A stretch of 64,000 nt of DNA from an uncultured Gammaproteobacteria bacterium (GTDB lineage Bacteria; Patescibacteriota; Patescibacteriia; UBA1558; S5-K13). The stretch is from the NCBI GenBank assembly GCA_964640635.1, contig CAZXFD010000001.1:248306-312305 (forward strand), in the 5' to 3' direction. Of this stretch, positions 1 to 10,140 are shown in pieces. The position numbers and the translations under genes were made by a program. Under the pieces are notes generated by a model. It saw only the letters and a program-made list of their open reading frames with translations. It did not search any database and had not been told where the DNA came from. The number at the start of each line of letters is the position of its first letter. Within the stretch, counting starts at the first letter, position 1.

Positions 1-768
1 ATTACCAAGTCTAATAGCTCTCATATTGGTTCCTGTTTTAGTATTGTTGAGATCTTGACAGCTTTATATTTTGAAATATTAAATATTAATCCAAATGATC
101 CTTATAATGAAAATAGGGATATTTTTGTTTTAAGCAAGGGACATGCAGCAGTCTCTCTTTACGCGACTTTAGCAGAGGCGGGGTTCATTTCAAAAGAAAG
201 GCTTAGTGAATATGCTCAAAACGGAAGTATTCTGTGTGGTCACATTATAAAGAAAAGCCTCCCTGGTATAGAAGTCTCGTCTGGTTCTTTAGGGCACGGA
301 CTTTCAATTGTAGCTGGAATGGCATGGGCTTCTAAAAAAAATAATGATAATAGAAAATTTTATTGTATTCTAGGAGATGGAGAGTGCAATGAAGGATCTG
401 TTTGGGAAGCCGTAATGTTTGCTACACAAAATAAATTAGATAATCTTACTATAATTATTGATTTTAATAATCAGCAAGGAATGGGAGATGCAACGAAAAT
501 TATTGATCAAACAAATATTTGTGAACGCTTAGATGCTTTTGGTTGTAATGCAAAAATTATTGATGGACATAGTTTTTTAGAAATATTAAAAGTATTTGAT
601 AAGAAGAATATAGAAAAACCGAGGGCTATCGTATTAAAAACTATAAAAGGTAAAGGTGTTTCATTTATGGAAAATTCAATAGATTGGCACTATAAGACTC
701 CAAATTCAGAACAGTATGAACTTGCAAAAAAAGAATTATTATCACAACAATCATGCGAAATACAATAA
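1..768 (+). CDS. Transketolase, N-terminal (TPP-binding) subunit; 5' partial, the frame is open from window base 1
   Basis: GDGECNEGSVWEA TPP-binding motif; GHAAVSLY; ~240 aa N-subunit length of split transketolases; the in-frame translation continues upstream of the first ATG to nt 1. Confidence 0.8.
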   Translation: MTKSNSSHIGSCFSIVEILTALYFEILNINPNDPYNENRDIFVLSKGHAAVSLYATLAEAGFISKERLSEYAQNGSILCGHIIKKSLPGIEVSSGSLGHGLSIVAGMAWASKKNNDNRKFYCILGDGECNEGSVWEAVMFATQNKLDNLTIIIDFNNQQGMGDATKIIDQTNICERLDAFGCNAKIIDGHSFLEILKVFDKKNIEKPRAIVLKTIKGKGVSFMENSIDWHYKTPNSEQYELAKKELLSQQSCEIQ

Positions 769-1685
769 TTAATGAAATTTATAAATCTGCAGAAAATAAT
801 CCAAATATAATCTTGCTTATAGCTGATTTAGGATATTCTGCTGTTGAAAAATTTATAGAAAAATTTCCAAATCAATTTTTAAATGTTGGAATAGCAGAAC
901 AAAACGCAATGGGCATAGCAGCAGGACTAGCACTAAGTGGGAAAAAAGTTTTTGTTTATAGTATTGTGCCCTTTGTTACAATGCGTTGTTTTGAACAAAT
1001 AAGAGTTGATATTTGCTACCAGAATTTGGACGTAACAATTATAGGTGTTGGTGCTGGGTTTGCTTATGGTACTTTAGGTGTTACTCATTATGGTTTAGAA
1101 GATATTTCCATTATGAGATCTTTACCAAATATGAAAATTATGTGCCCATCTGATCCATTAGAGACAAAATATATTTTTGAAAAAGTAATAAAAATAGGTG
1201 GACCTTCTTATATACGCATAAATAGGGGCGGAGAGCAGGAAATATATGATAAAGAAATTAATCAATCAATAATTAATAACCAAGAGATTATAAGGGTTAT
1301 AGGAGAAAAGGATGATGAAATTTCTATATTAGCTAGTGGAAATATATTAGGAGAGGCAAAAATAGCAGTAGATATTTTAAGAGAAAATAATATAAAAATA
1401 TCCCTTTACAGTTGCCCATTTATTAAACCAATGAATAAAAAAGAGTTATTATCAGAGATTAAAAATAAAAAAATAGTTTTTACCGTTGAAGAAAATACTA
1501 TTATTGGTGGTTTTGGCTCTTCAATTGCAGAATTTATAACAGAAGAAAATTTAAATATCGGATTAATAAGAATAGGGGTAAATGATGAGTATTGTAAGTT
1601 TATAGGTAAACAAGACTATATGAGAGATATAAATAATTTATCCAGTGATAAAATTATAAAAAATATAATCAAATATATTAATTAG
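753..1685 (+). CDS. Transketolase, C-terminal (pyrimidine-binding) subunit
   Basis: 310 aa; GIAEQNAMGIAAGLA motif; overlaps the upstream N-subunit gene (split tkt pair). Confidence 0.8.
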   Translation: MRNTIINEIYKSAENNPNIILLIADLGYSAVEKFIEKFPNQFLNVGIAEQNAMGIAAGLALSGKKVFVYSIVPFVTMRCFEQIRVDICYQNLDVTIIGVGAGFAYGTLGVTHYGLEDISIMRSLPNMKIMCPSDPLETKYIFEKVIKIGGPSYIRINRGGEQEIYDKEINQSIINNQEIIRVIGEKDDEISILASGNILGEAKIAVDILRENNIKISLYSCPFIKPMNKKELLSEIKNKKIVFTVEENTIIGGFGSSIAEFITEENLNIGLIRIGVNDEYCKFIGKQDYMRDINNLSSDKIIKNIIKYIN

Positions 1686-1686
1686 A

Positions 1687-2565
1687 ATGAAAATTTTTTT
1701 AACAGGCGGTAGTTCCTTTATAGGAAAAAATTTTATAGAGAAGTTCTCTAGAAAGTATGATTTATATTTTCCTACGCATCAGGAATTAAATTTAGAAGAT
1801 GCAGAATCTGTATTTAAATATTTAAAGGATAATTGTTTTGATATTGTATTACACGTGGCTAGCGCTGGAACAACTAGAAAAGATGTGGGGTTGTCAGATA
1901 TCTATTTTAAGAATCAAAAAATGTTTTTTAATTTAATTAGAGGAAAACAATTCTTTAATAGAATGGTTGTTATTGGTTCAGGAGCAGAATATGATAAAAG
2001 AAGAAGTATTATAGACATAGAAGAGGATCAATTTGATAATTTAATACCAATTGATCAATATAGTTTTTCAAAGTACTCAATGGCAAAATATGCTCAAAAC
2101 GTTGACTTCATTACACACTTAAGACCATTTGCTGTTTATGGCAAATATGAAGATTATCAAACTAGGTTTATATCAAATTCTATATGCAAAGCTCTTATGG
2201 ATTTACCAATTACAATAAAGCAAAATGTTTATTTTGATTATCTTTATATAAATGATTTTATAAATATATTAGATTATTTTATAGAAAATAATTCAAAGCA
2301 AATTTTTTACAATATTGCTAGAGGAAAAAAGATAGACTTGGTTTCTATTGCAAAGAAAATTTTATTAATAGTAAAAAAAGATTTGCCAATTATTATTAAT
2401 AAAGATGGATTGAATAATGAATATACTAGCAATATCAATAGATTAAAAGAAGAAATAAAAAATCTACAATACACTGATTTTGATAAGAGTATTGAAGATC
2501 TAATTTCTTATTATGAAAATATTTTACCACAATTAGATAAAGAATTATTTTTAAAAGATGTATAA
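1687..2565 (+). CDS. NAD-dependent sugar epimerase/dehydratase/reductase (SDR family)
   Basis: N-terminal Rossmann motif LTGGSSFIGKNF; the YxxxK region is compatible; sits inside a sugar operon. Confidence 0.65.
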   Translation: MKIFLTGGSSFIGKNFIEKFSRKYDLYFPTHQELNLEDAESVFKYLKDNCFDIVLHVASAGTTRKDVGLSDIYFKNQKMFFNLIRGKQFFNRMVVIGSGAEYDKRRSIIDIEEDQFDNLIPIDQYSFSKYSMAKYAQNVDFITHLRPFAVYGKYEDYQTRFISNSICKALMDLPITIKQNVYFDYLYINDFINILDYFIENNSKQIFYNIARGKKIDLVSIAKKILLIVKKDLPIIINKDGLNNEYTSNINRLKEEIKNLQYTDFDKSIEDLISYYENILPQLDKELFLKDV

Positions 2566-3877
2566 AAATATGAACAAAGAATTAAAAGAATTATTAACTA
2601 AAGAATATCAAGAAAAATTTCAGGAAAAAGATTTTATTCCAGGGGTGACTTCTATCCCTGTGTCTGGAAAGTCTTTTAATCAAGAAGAAATTATTTTAAT
2701 GACAGAAGCGGTTCTAGACGCCTGGTGGACAGAGGGTAGATTTACAGGTGAATTTGAAAGTAAATTTGCAAATTATTTTAATAAAAAATATTGCATTACA
2801 GTAAATTCTGGTTCTTCGGCAAATTTGCTCGCACTTACTGCACTATGTTCAAGTAAGATTTCTGAAGAAAAAAGATTGAATCCTGGTGATGAGGTTATTA
2901 CGGTTGCAGCAGGATTTCCAACAACAATAAATCCAATAATTCAAAATGGACTTATTCCAGTTTTTTGTGATGTTGAACTTCAGACATACAATATAGACAT
3001 TGAAGAAATAAAAAAAGCTATTAATTCAAAAACAAAAGCAATTTTTATTGCTCATACACTTGGTAATCCATACAATCTAAATGAAATTGTAAAAATATGT
3101 AGCGATAATAATTTATGGTTAATAGAGGATAATTGTGATGCGCTGGGATCAAAATTTGACAATAAATTAACAGGAACATTTGGACATATTTCTACATTTA
3201 GTTTTTATCCAGCCCATCATATTACGATGGGTGAGGGTGGTGCTATTGTAACTGATGATCTAATGCTAAATAAAATCATTAGGTCTTTACGTGATTGGGG
3301 AAGAGATTGTTGGTGTAAAACGGGTCATGATAATACATGCAAAAACAGATATAATTGGCAACTTGGAAATTTACCACTTGGCTATGATCATAAATATATT
3401 TATAGTGAGCTAGGTTATAATTTAAAAATTACAGAAATGCAAGGTGCTCTTGGCTTAGCACAAATGAATAAATTAGAAAGTTTCACAAATAAAAGAAAAG
3501 AGAATTTTAATCTTTTATATGATGGTCTAAAGCAATTTGAAGATTATTTTATACTTCCGCAAAAACATGAATTAGCTGATCCAAGCTGGTTTGGACTTCT
3601 TCTAACAATAAAAGACAATGTTAAATTTACCAGAACAGATATTCTAAGGTTTTTAGAGGAAAAGAAAATAGGAACAAGACTCCTTTTTGCTGGTAATATT
3701 ATTAAGCAACCGTATTTTGTTGATAATAAATTTAATTACAGAATTGTAGGAGATCTAAAAAATACAGATAAAATAATGAATGATACTTTTTGGATAGGAG
3801 TTTATCCCTTGATAAATGAAGAAATGATAAATTACACAATTAATTGTTTTAAAGATTTTACCCAGAAATATGAATAA
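2558..3877 (+). CDS. PMP-dependent sugar 3-dehydrase of the DegT/AHBA_syn family (E1/RfbH/ColD-like)
   Basis: 439 aa (RfbH is ~437). DegT-fold motifs are present. The position that normally holds the PLP lysine reads SFYPAHHITMGEGG (His instead of Lys), as in E1/ColD dehydrases. The Cys cluster RDCWCKTGHDNTC is compatible with the E1 [2Fe-2S] site. Confidence 0.6.
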   Translation: MYKNMNKELKELLTKEYQEKFQEKDFIPGVTSIPVSGKSFNQEEIILMTEAVLDAWWTEGRFTGEFESKFANYFNKKYCITVNSGSSANLLALTALCSSKISEEKRLNPGDEVITVAAGFPTTINPIIQNGLIPVFCDVELQTYNIDIEEIKKAINSKTKAIFIAHTLGNPYNLNEIVKICSDNNLWLIEDNCDALGSKFDNKLTGTFGHISTFSFYPAHHITMGEGGAIVTDDLMLNKIIRSLRDWGRDCWCKTGHDNTCKNRYNWQLGNLPLGYDHKYIYSELGYNLKITEMQGALGLAQMNKLESFTNKRKENFNLLYDGLKQFEDYFILPQKHELADPSWFGLLLTIKDNVKFTRTDILRFLEEKKIGTRLLFAGNIIKQPYFVDNKFNYRIVGDLKNTDKIMNDTFWIGVYPLINEEMINYTINCFKDFTQKYE

Positions 3878-4808
3878 TACAATTTTGAGCATATGTATTC
3901 CTACATATAATAGGGCGCAATATCTAAAGAAAACTCTTACTAGTATTGTTTCTCAATTTAAAAATGAAGATATTCGTAGACAAGTTGAAATTGTTATTTC
4001 TGACAATGCAAGTGAGGATAATACTAGGGAAGTGGTTGAAGAATTTAAAAATAGATTTGAAAATGTTAAATATTTTAGAAATAACAAAAATCTTGGTTTT
4101 GACAGAAATCTTTATAATGCAATAAGAAAGTCAGAAGGGCTTTTTTGTTGGACGCTAAATGATGACAAAATTTTGAATTCAAATGCACTTGATTACATGT
4201 TGAATATTTTAAAAAGCAATCAGACTATTGGATTTTTTTGTGTCAATCAAGATATCCCTTTTTCTGAAAGTAGGGAAAAAATATTTCAAAATGGAAATTA
4301 TTGGTTAAAAGAAATGGGCTTAACTGGTGGAAGATTGTCCCAGTGTATTTTAAAAAAAGATTGTATACCAACCGATGTTCAAAAATATTTTGGTAATTAT
4401 TGGTTTCATTTTTCAATTGCATTAGAAATAATAAAAGATAAGCCAGTCTTATTTATAAGGAATGTTTTAGAGAAAGACGATGATAATAGAATCTGTCGTT
4501 GGGCAGAAAATGGAGCTACGTTAACAGTTTTTATTGAGTTGAAAAATATTGTTAATAATTTAATAAATTTTGGATATGAACCAGAAGTAATTAAAGATAT
4601 TTGTACTAGTATGGCAAAGAATTTACCTAGACAGATGATTACCGCAAAAATTTATGGGTTAAAAATTAATTTTAAAGGATTGAGAATATTAATAAAGAAT
4701 TTTTATAAATACCCAATTTATTTGTTTATATCAATATTTATATTTTTTACTCCATCTTTTGTTTTTAAATTTTTGAAAAAAATGAAAAAGTTTTTAAATA
4801 ATAAATAA
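3870..4808 (+). CDS. Family 2 glycosyltransferase
   Basis: LSICIPTYNRAQYL ... ISDNASEDNT (GT-A DxD-type N-terminus); C-terminal TM segment. Confidence 0.7.
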   Translation: MNNTILSICIPTYNRAQYLKKTLTSIVSQFKNEDIRRQVEIVISDNASEDNTREVVEEFKNRFENVKYFRNNKNLGFDRNLYNAIRKSEGLFCWTLNDDKILNSNALDYMLNILKSNQTIGFFCVNQDIPFSESREKIFQNGNYWLKEMGLTGGRLSQCILKKDCIPTDVQKYFGNYWFHFSIALEIIKDKPVLFIRNVLEKDDDNRICRWAENGATLTVFIELKNIVNNLINFGYEPEVIKDICTSMAKNLPRQMITAKIYGLKINFKGLRILIKNFYKYPIYLFISIFIFFTPSFVFKFLKKMKKFLNNK

Positions 4809-4814
4809 AATCTT

Positions 4815-5870
4815 ATGAATAATGAATCTAAATTAGTGGTGTTTGATATTGATGTTCCTGAGCTTTTAAATAATAAAGTTTTTGATCCTAGTGAAGCAAC
4901 TAAGATAAGCCATACATATTTACCAACATGTTATTTATTCAATGAGGCTAAAAATAATGGTATTGATTTTATTACCCCAGATGTATATTTTAGTCTTTCA
5001 GAAAAACCTAAAAAAGTATTTATGATAACCCATTTAAAATCTACTTACACTAGTAAGCTCATAGAAGCAGGCGTTGTACCACTTATTTTAACATGCCAAG
5101 AATCGCCATTTATTGCAACTAGATTTTATATGGGGTTAAAAAAATATTCTGCTAAATTTAAGTATTCATTTGTTTTTTCTGGTATGAAAAAAATGCTTAG
5201 TAATAAAACTATTTATAAGCAGATGTTTTTTCCTGAATCATATAGTTCGATTAACGAAAACCCTTTGGATTATAAAGATAGGCTGTTTTTGGTTGTAATA
5301 AGTAGTGCAAAGGGTGTTGGAAGTTTGATAAAGTCTGTGTTATTAAAATTAATTTATGGATTTGGAGTCAAAGAGATTTATCCAGAAAGAAGAAGGTCTA
5401 TTAAGTTTTTTTCACAAAAACAAGGGTTTGACTTGTATGGTTTTGGTTGGGATAAAGCAAATTTCAAAGATTTAAAAAGAGAGGATATAGATAAATGTTA
5501 TCGTGGTACAGTTATAGATAAAGTTAAAACACTTAGTCAATATAAATTTGTTTTATGTTTTGAGAACGCTATTTTTCCAGGATATATTACTGAAAAGATT
5601 TTTGATCCAATGTTCGCTGGTTGTGTGCCAGTATATTTTGGTGCACCTGATATAGAAAAATATGTTGATAAGGAAGCTTTCATTAATTTTGCAAATTTTA
5701 AAAATTATGATGCTCTTTATGAATATTTATTAGTCATTGATGAAAATCAATACAATAATTATCTGAGTAATATAAAAAAATATTTAAACTCTGAAAATTA
5801 TAAAAAGTTCACTCAAGAATACTATGCTAAACAGTGCTTAGATATTATAACACAAGAATTTCAAAAATAA
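4815..5870 (+). CDS. GT10 alpha-1,3(/4)-fucosyltransferase-like glycosyltransferase
   Basis: The motif YKFVLCFENAIFPGYITEKIFD matches the alpha-1,3-FucT signature (FxLxFENSxxxxYxTEK) seen in H. pylori FutA and eukaryotic FUTs. Confidence 0.65.
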   Translation: MNNESKLVVFDIDVPELLNNKVFDPSEATKISHTYLPTCYLFNEAKNNGIDFITPDVYFSLSEKPKKVFMITHLKSTYTSKLIEAGVVPLILTCQESPFIATRFYMGLKKYSAKFKYSFVFSGMKKMLSNKTIYKQMFFPESYSSINENPLDYKDRLFLVVISSAKGVGSLIKSVLLKLIYGFGVKEIYPERRRSIKFFSQKQGFDLYGFGWDKANFKDLKREDIDKCYRGTVIDKVKTLSQYKFVLCFENAIFPGYITEKIFDPMFAGCVPVYFGAPDIEKYVDKEAFINFANFKNYDALYEYLLVIDENQYNNYLSNIKKYLNSENYKKFTQEYYAKQCLDIITQEFQK

Positions 5871-6811
5871 TGCCAAAAATTACAATAGCCATTACAACTT
5901 ACAACAGAAGGGAATATCTATTGAGTTCCATCAGGAGTATTTTAAATCAAGCATTCCAGGATTTTAAAATTATTGTTTTTGATAGTGGTAGTGACTATGA
6001 TATAGATAAATTTATCAAAGACTTTGATGATTCTAGAATATATTTAGAAAAGAGCTCAGAAAAAATAGATAGTTTCAATAATTTTAAAAGAGTTTTTAAT
6101 TTTGGATATGAATCAGAATATTTAATGGTTTTTCATGATGATGATGTTATGCATCCAAAACTTTTAGAAACAGAGGTTGGGATAATGGAAAGAAATAAGA
6201 GCTTAATTTGGGTTGGATCTGGATTATCTTTTGTCAGTGATAACTCTAAAATGAATTGTTTCAAGGATAAGTTAAGACTAAAACTTGAAGAAGTATATGA
6301 TACAAAAAATTTAATAAGATTGATTTTAAAAAACTTTCACTTAGCTTATGATAGTGTTGTGTATAGAGTTGTCTATATTGAAGATATAAGTCCGTTTTTT
6401 AAAAAATTTGACAAATGGAATGATAGGCCATTTTTAATTGAATTATCGAAAAAAGGGAAGGTAGCAATTACAAGAGAATCTCTTGTTAATTATAGAATAC
6501 ATAAAAATCAAGATTCACAGGGTAATAATAGTGATAAATTAATTTATTTAATAAATTTATTTAATTTTTATAAAGAAAACTTATCTGTTATTGAAAGCCC
6601 AGAAGATAAAAAGTTATTTTATTCTTGGTCTATTAATAATAGTATATTATCAGCTATCAGTTTTTCAGGAAGTTTTAAGGAATATATTAACTCAATAAAA
6701 GAATTTAAAAAACAAGAACTATTTAAATTTAGTTACGTTAATTTGAAAGGTTTAATTTATTTTATAAAAGCGTTATTTGTCTTAGTCAAAAGAGAATTTA
6801 TAAAAAAATAA
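5870..6811 (+). CDS. Family 2 glycosyltransferase
   Basis: MPKITIAITTYNRREYL ... VFDSGSDYD. The likely true start is the ATG at 5870, overlapping the upstream stop by 1 nt; the ORF track opens at 5834. Confidence 0.7.
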   Translation: MPKITIAITTYNRREYLLSSIRSILNQAFQDFKIIVFDSGSDYDIDKFIKDFDDSRIYLEKSSEKIDSFNNFKRVFNFGYESEYLMVFHDDDVMHPKLLETEVGIMERNKSLIWVGSGLSFVSDNSKMNCFKDKLRLKLEEVYDTKNLIRLILKNFHLAYDSVVYRVVYIEDISPFFKKFDKWNDRPFLIELSKKGKVAITRESLVNYRIHKNQDSQGNNSDKLIYLINLFNFYKENLSVIESPEDKKLFYSWSINNSILSAISFSGSFKEYINSIKEFKKQELFKFSYVNLKGLIYFIKALFVLVKREFIKK

Positions 6812-6820
6812 GTACTATTT

Positions 6821-7741
6821 ATGTCGTTAATAATTTTAACAAAATCTCCTATAATAAATATATTATCACTTGAATTTTATAAGAATATTATAAAGAGACT
6901 AACTTATCGTACACGTGGACCACAAGCAGTCATACAAAGCCTTATAACTGGCTTAGATGAGATAGGATTTGAATATAAACTAAATCCAAATATTCAAGGT
7001 ATTAACGAAAATTCTACTGTGTGGGTTAACGAGAGTATAGAAACATTAAAATTTGCTATTGGTTTAAAGAAGCTTAAAAGAATAAAAAAATTAATCGTAG
7101 GACCAAATATTGTTATAACGCCAGATGATAAAGATAAAATTATTCAAGATGACAACATAGATATTTGTTTGGTGCCATCACAATGGGTCAAAGATTTTTA
7201 TAGCTGTTTTGGGACAAATGAATTCAAGAATAGGTTAAAAATTTGGGCAGCGGGTGTGTTACTTAAAGAAATAATAGAAAATAGTGATGAATTATGTTTG
7301 GTTTACAAAAAAGATATAAATTATGAAGTTTTTAAAATGGTTGTAGATGAGTTGACAAAAAGAAATCTGAAATACAAAATCATAGAATATGGAAAATATA
7401 GGAGAGAGGATTATTTTAAGCTTTTAAATGAATCTAAATTCATGATTTATCTTCAAAGCATTGAGAGCCAAGGTATTGCGATGTTTGAGGCATGGGAAAG
7501 GGATGTTCCAACTTTAATTTATCTTAATAATACATATATAAACAAAAATGTTAGTATATTTGGGAATATCTCAGCTCCTTATTTAAGTAATCAATCAGGC
7601 ATGTTCTTTGACTATAATAATTTCAATCAAAAATTAGATCATTTAATTAATAATATTGATAATTTTCAACCGAGAGAATACATTAAACAAAACTTTACTA
7701 ATAAATTATGCGCAGAAAAGTTTTTAGAATTAATTAAATAA
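6821..7741 (+). CDS. Hypothetical protein (possible glycosyltransferase-like accessory protein)
   Basis: 306 aa ORF in an operon of GTs; no recognisable motif. Confidence 0.35.
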   Translation: MSLIILTKSPIINILSLEFYKNIIKRLTYRTRGPQAVIQSLITGLDEIGFEYKLNPNIQGINENSTVWVNESIETLKFAIGLKKLKRIKKLIVGPNIVITPDDKDKIIQDDNIDICLVPSQWVKDFYSCFGTNEFKNRLKIWAAGVLLKEIIENSDELCLVYKKDINYEVFKMVVDELTKRNLKYKIIEYGKYRREDYFKLLNESKFMIYLQSIESQGIAMFEAWERDVPTLIYLNNTYINKNVSIFGNISAPYLSNQSGMFFDYNNFNQKLDHLINNIDNFQPREYIKQNFTNKLCAEKFLELIK

Positions 7742-7749
7742 TTATATAA

Positions 7750-8478
7750 ATGAAAAATATTATTAAAAAAATAATTAAATTTATATTATTTCCATTTATT
7801 CTTTTTGATTATATAAAATTTTATAAGATAAAAGATAATCGTTTTATTTTTAATCTAAAAGATGCCTATCCTTGCATAAAAGATAAAACAATAAAAACAG
7901 GATTTGATAGGCATTATGTATATCATACTGCCTGGGCAGCTAGAAAAGTAAAAGAAATAAATCCTGAGTTTCACATTGATATTTCTTCAAGTTTATATTT
8001 TGCTAGTATTGTGTCTGCATTTATTCCAGTAAAATTTTATGATTATAGACCAGCAAATATAGAACTATCTAATATGGAGAGCTTATGTGGAAATTTAATG
8101 AGTTTGCCATTTGAAAGTAATAGTATTAGATCTCTGTCTTGTATGCATGTAGTAGAGCATATTGGTCTAGGTCGTTATGGGGATAAAATTGATTCATCTG
8201 GTGATTTAAAGGCTATAAATGAGTTAAAGAGAGTTTTGGCAGTGAATGGATCTTTATTGTTTGTAGTACCTATGGGAAAAACTTCTAAAATAGAATTTAA
8301 CGCTCATAGAATTTATATATTCAAACAAATAAAGGAATATTTTTCAGATTTAGAATTAAAAGAATTTTCTTTAATTCCAGAAAAAAATGGTTCCATAATA
8401 TATAATGTAACAGAAAGTGACGTAAATAAAGAAAATTATGCTTGTGGATGTTTTTGGTTTATAAAAAAAATCATATGA
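7750..8478 (+). CDS. SAM-dependent methyltransferase-like protein (DUF268-like)
   Basis: The pattern HYVYHTAWAARKV ... LPFESNSIRSLSCMHVVEHIGLGRYGD ... LAVNGSLLFVVPMG resembles DUF268 / class I MTase motif post-I/II regions. Confidence 0.45.
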   Translation: MKNIIKKIIKFILFPFILFDYIKFYKIKDNRFIFNLKDAYPCIKDKTIKTGFDRHYVYHTAWAARKVKEINPEFHIDISSSLYFASIVSAFIPVKFYDYRPANIELSNMESLCGNLMSLPFESNSIRSLSCMHVVEHIGLGRYGDKIDSSGDLKAINELKRVLAVNGSLLFVVPMGKTSKIEFNAHRIYIFKQIKEYFSDLELKEFSLIPEKNGSIIYNVTESDVNKENYACGCFWFIKKII

Positions 8479-9326
8479 CAACAATAAAACTAAAGGGTGG
8501 TCTTGGTAATCAATTATTTCAATATTCATTCGGAAGATTTTTGTCTATAAAAATAAATGAAGAGGTAAAATTGGATGCAAGTAGTTTAAGTGGTCCAAAA
8601 GACACGCCCAGAACTTATGCTCTAGATGTTTTTAACATTTATTTAAAAATGGCAACAAATATTGAAATTGAAAAAACTAAATATCCTTATGGTTTTTTAT
8701 CTAAGATTTTTAGAATTATCAATCAAAAGGTATTAAAAAGATATAATATTGGATATGATGAATATCTATTGAAATCAAGATCAAAATATTTTGAAGGATA
8801 TTTTCAAAGCTATAAATATTTAGATCCAATCAGAGATGTGTTGTTAACAGAAATTACTCTAAAAGAATCAATAGAAGATAAGTGTAAAGAAGTTTTAGAA
8901 AATATTAAAAAATCAAATTCAGTATCAATTCACATAAGACGTGGAGATTATGTAAATGATGAAAAAACAAAACAAGCTCATAATGTTTGTGATTTAGAAT
9001 ATTATAAAAAAGCTATTAATATTATTAATGACAAAATTGAAAATCCGGTATTTTTTATTTTTTCAGATGATATAAATTGGGTAAGGGAAAATTTGAAAAT
9101 AAATGCTGAAACTCATTATGTTTCAAATGAAGCCATAAAAGATTTTGAAGAACTTATCATTATGAGTAAATGTTATAATAATATTATTGCAAATTCTAGT
9201 TTTAGTTTTTGGGGTGCATGGCTTAATCAAAATGAAAATAAAATTGTTATTGCCCCAGGAAAATGGCACAATAAACTGGACTATGAATACAAAGACTTAT
9301 TACCAGGGTCATGGATAAAAATATAA
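8475..9326 (+). CDS. GT11 alpha-1,2-fucosyltransferase
   Basis: N-terminal IKLKGGLGNQLFQYSFG and HIRRGDY motifs are hallmark GT11 (FutC/WbsJ) signatures. The start is probably M at 8475; the track opens at 8442. Confidence 0.75.
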   Translation: MTTIKLKGGLGNQLFQYSFGRFLSIKINEEVKLDASSLSGPKDTPRTYALDVFNIYLKMATNIEIEKTKYPYGFLSKIFRIINQKVLKRYNIGYDEYLLKSRSKYFEGYFQSYKYLDPIRDVLLTEITLKESIEDKCKEVLENIKKSNSVSIHIRRGDYVNDEKTKQAHNVCDLEYYKKAINIINDKIENPVFFIFSDDINWVRENLKINAETHYVSNEAIKDFEELIIMSKCYNNIIANSSFSFWGAWLNQNENKIVIAPGKWHNKLDYEYKDLLPGSWIKI

Positions 9327-10108
9327 ACTATATGTCCAAAGTAAGTATCATAATAATCACATACAATAGAGAAGAATTTATCAAAGAAGCTATTGAAAGT
9401 GTTTTATTTCAATCATTTCGAGATTGGCAACTAATAATCATTGATGATGGATCAGATGACAAAACAAAAGAGCTTGTTAAGGAGTATTTAAATATAGGTC
9501 TTAATATCAAATATGTTAGAAATGAAAAAAGATTAGGTATTTCAAAGGCTAGAAATTTAGCATTATCGCTATGTGAAAGTAAATATATAGCGGTATTAGA
9601 TAGTGATGACCTGTGGTGTGATAGTGAAAAATTACAAAAACAAGTTGATTTTTTGGAAAAAAATAAAGAATATGCACTTGTTGCTACAAATGCAATTTTT
9701 ATAAATAATAGAGGAGAAAGCATTAAAAAATCAAATATAAGACTAACTGACAAAAATATACGAAAGTGTATTTTGTTAAGAAATCAATTTTTTCATTCAA
9801 GCGTAATGTTTAGAAATGATATTTTCAAAATTTTAAGTGGTTATGATGAAAGTTTAAAAATAGGTGAAGATTATGATTTGTTTTTAAGGATCGGTAAAAA
9901 ATATAAATTTGCCAACATAAAAGATTATTGTATTAAATATAGGGTTCACAATAATAGTATTTGTGTTTCAGATAAAATATGCGCATCGCATGATACTCAA
10001 AATATTATAAAAAAATATAGGACCTATTATCCTAATTATTTTTTTGCACTTATTAAATCTTATTTACGAATTCTTTTAGCTTATTTATCTAAATTTTTAT
10101 CCCGCTAA
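9311..10108 (+). CDS. Family 2 glycosyltransferase
   Basis: VSIIIITYNREEFI ... IIIDDGSDD ... LDSDD (DxD). The alternative start is 9332. Confidence 0.7.
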   Translation: MDKNINYMSKVSIIIITYNREEFIKEAIESVLFQSFRDWQLIIIDDGSDDKTKELVKEYLNIGLNIKYVRNEKRLGISKARNLALSLCESKYIAVLDSDDLWCDSEKLQKQVDFLEKNKEYALVATNAIFINNRGESIKKSNIRLTDKNIRKCILLRNQFFHSSVMFRNDIFKILSGYDESLKIGEDYDLFLRIGKKYKFANIKDYCIKYRVHNNSICVSDKICASHDTQNIIKKYRTYYPNYFFALIKSYLRILLAYLSKFLSR

Positions 10109-10140
10109 ACAATTAATCTGTTATCCTATTAAGCAATTAA

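Noticed and set aside
9409-9753. 114-aa minus-strand ORF
   Set aside because: It lies entirely antisense inside a well-supported GT2 glycosyltransferase gene (9311-10108) and has a low-complexity S/L/F-rich translation typical of AT-rich antisense frames.
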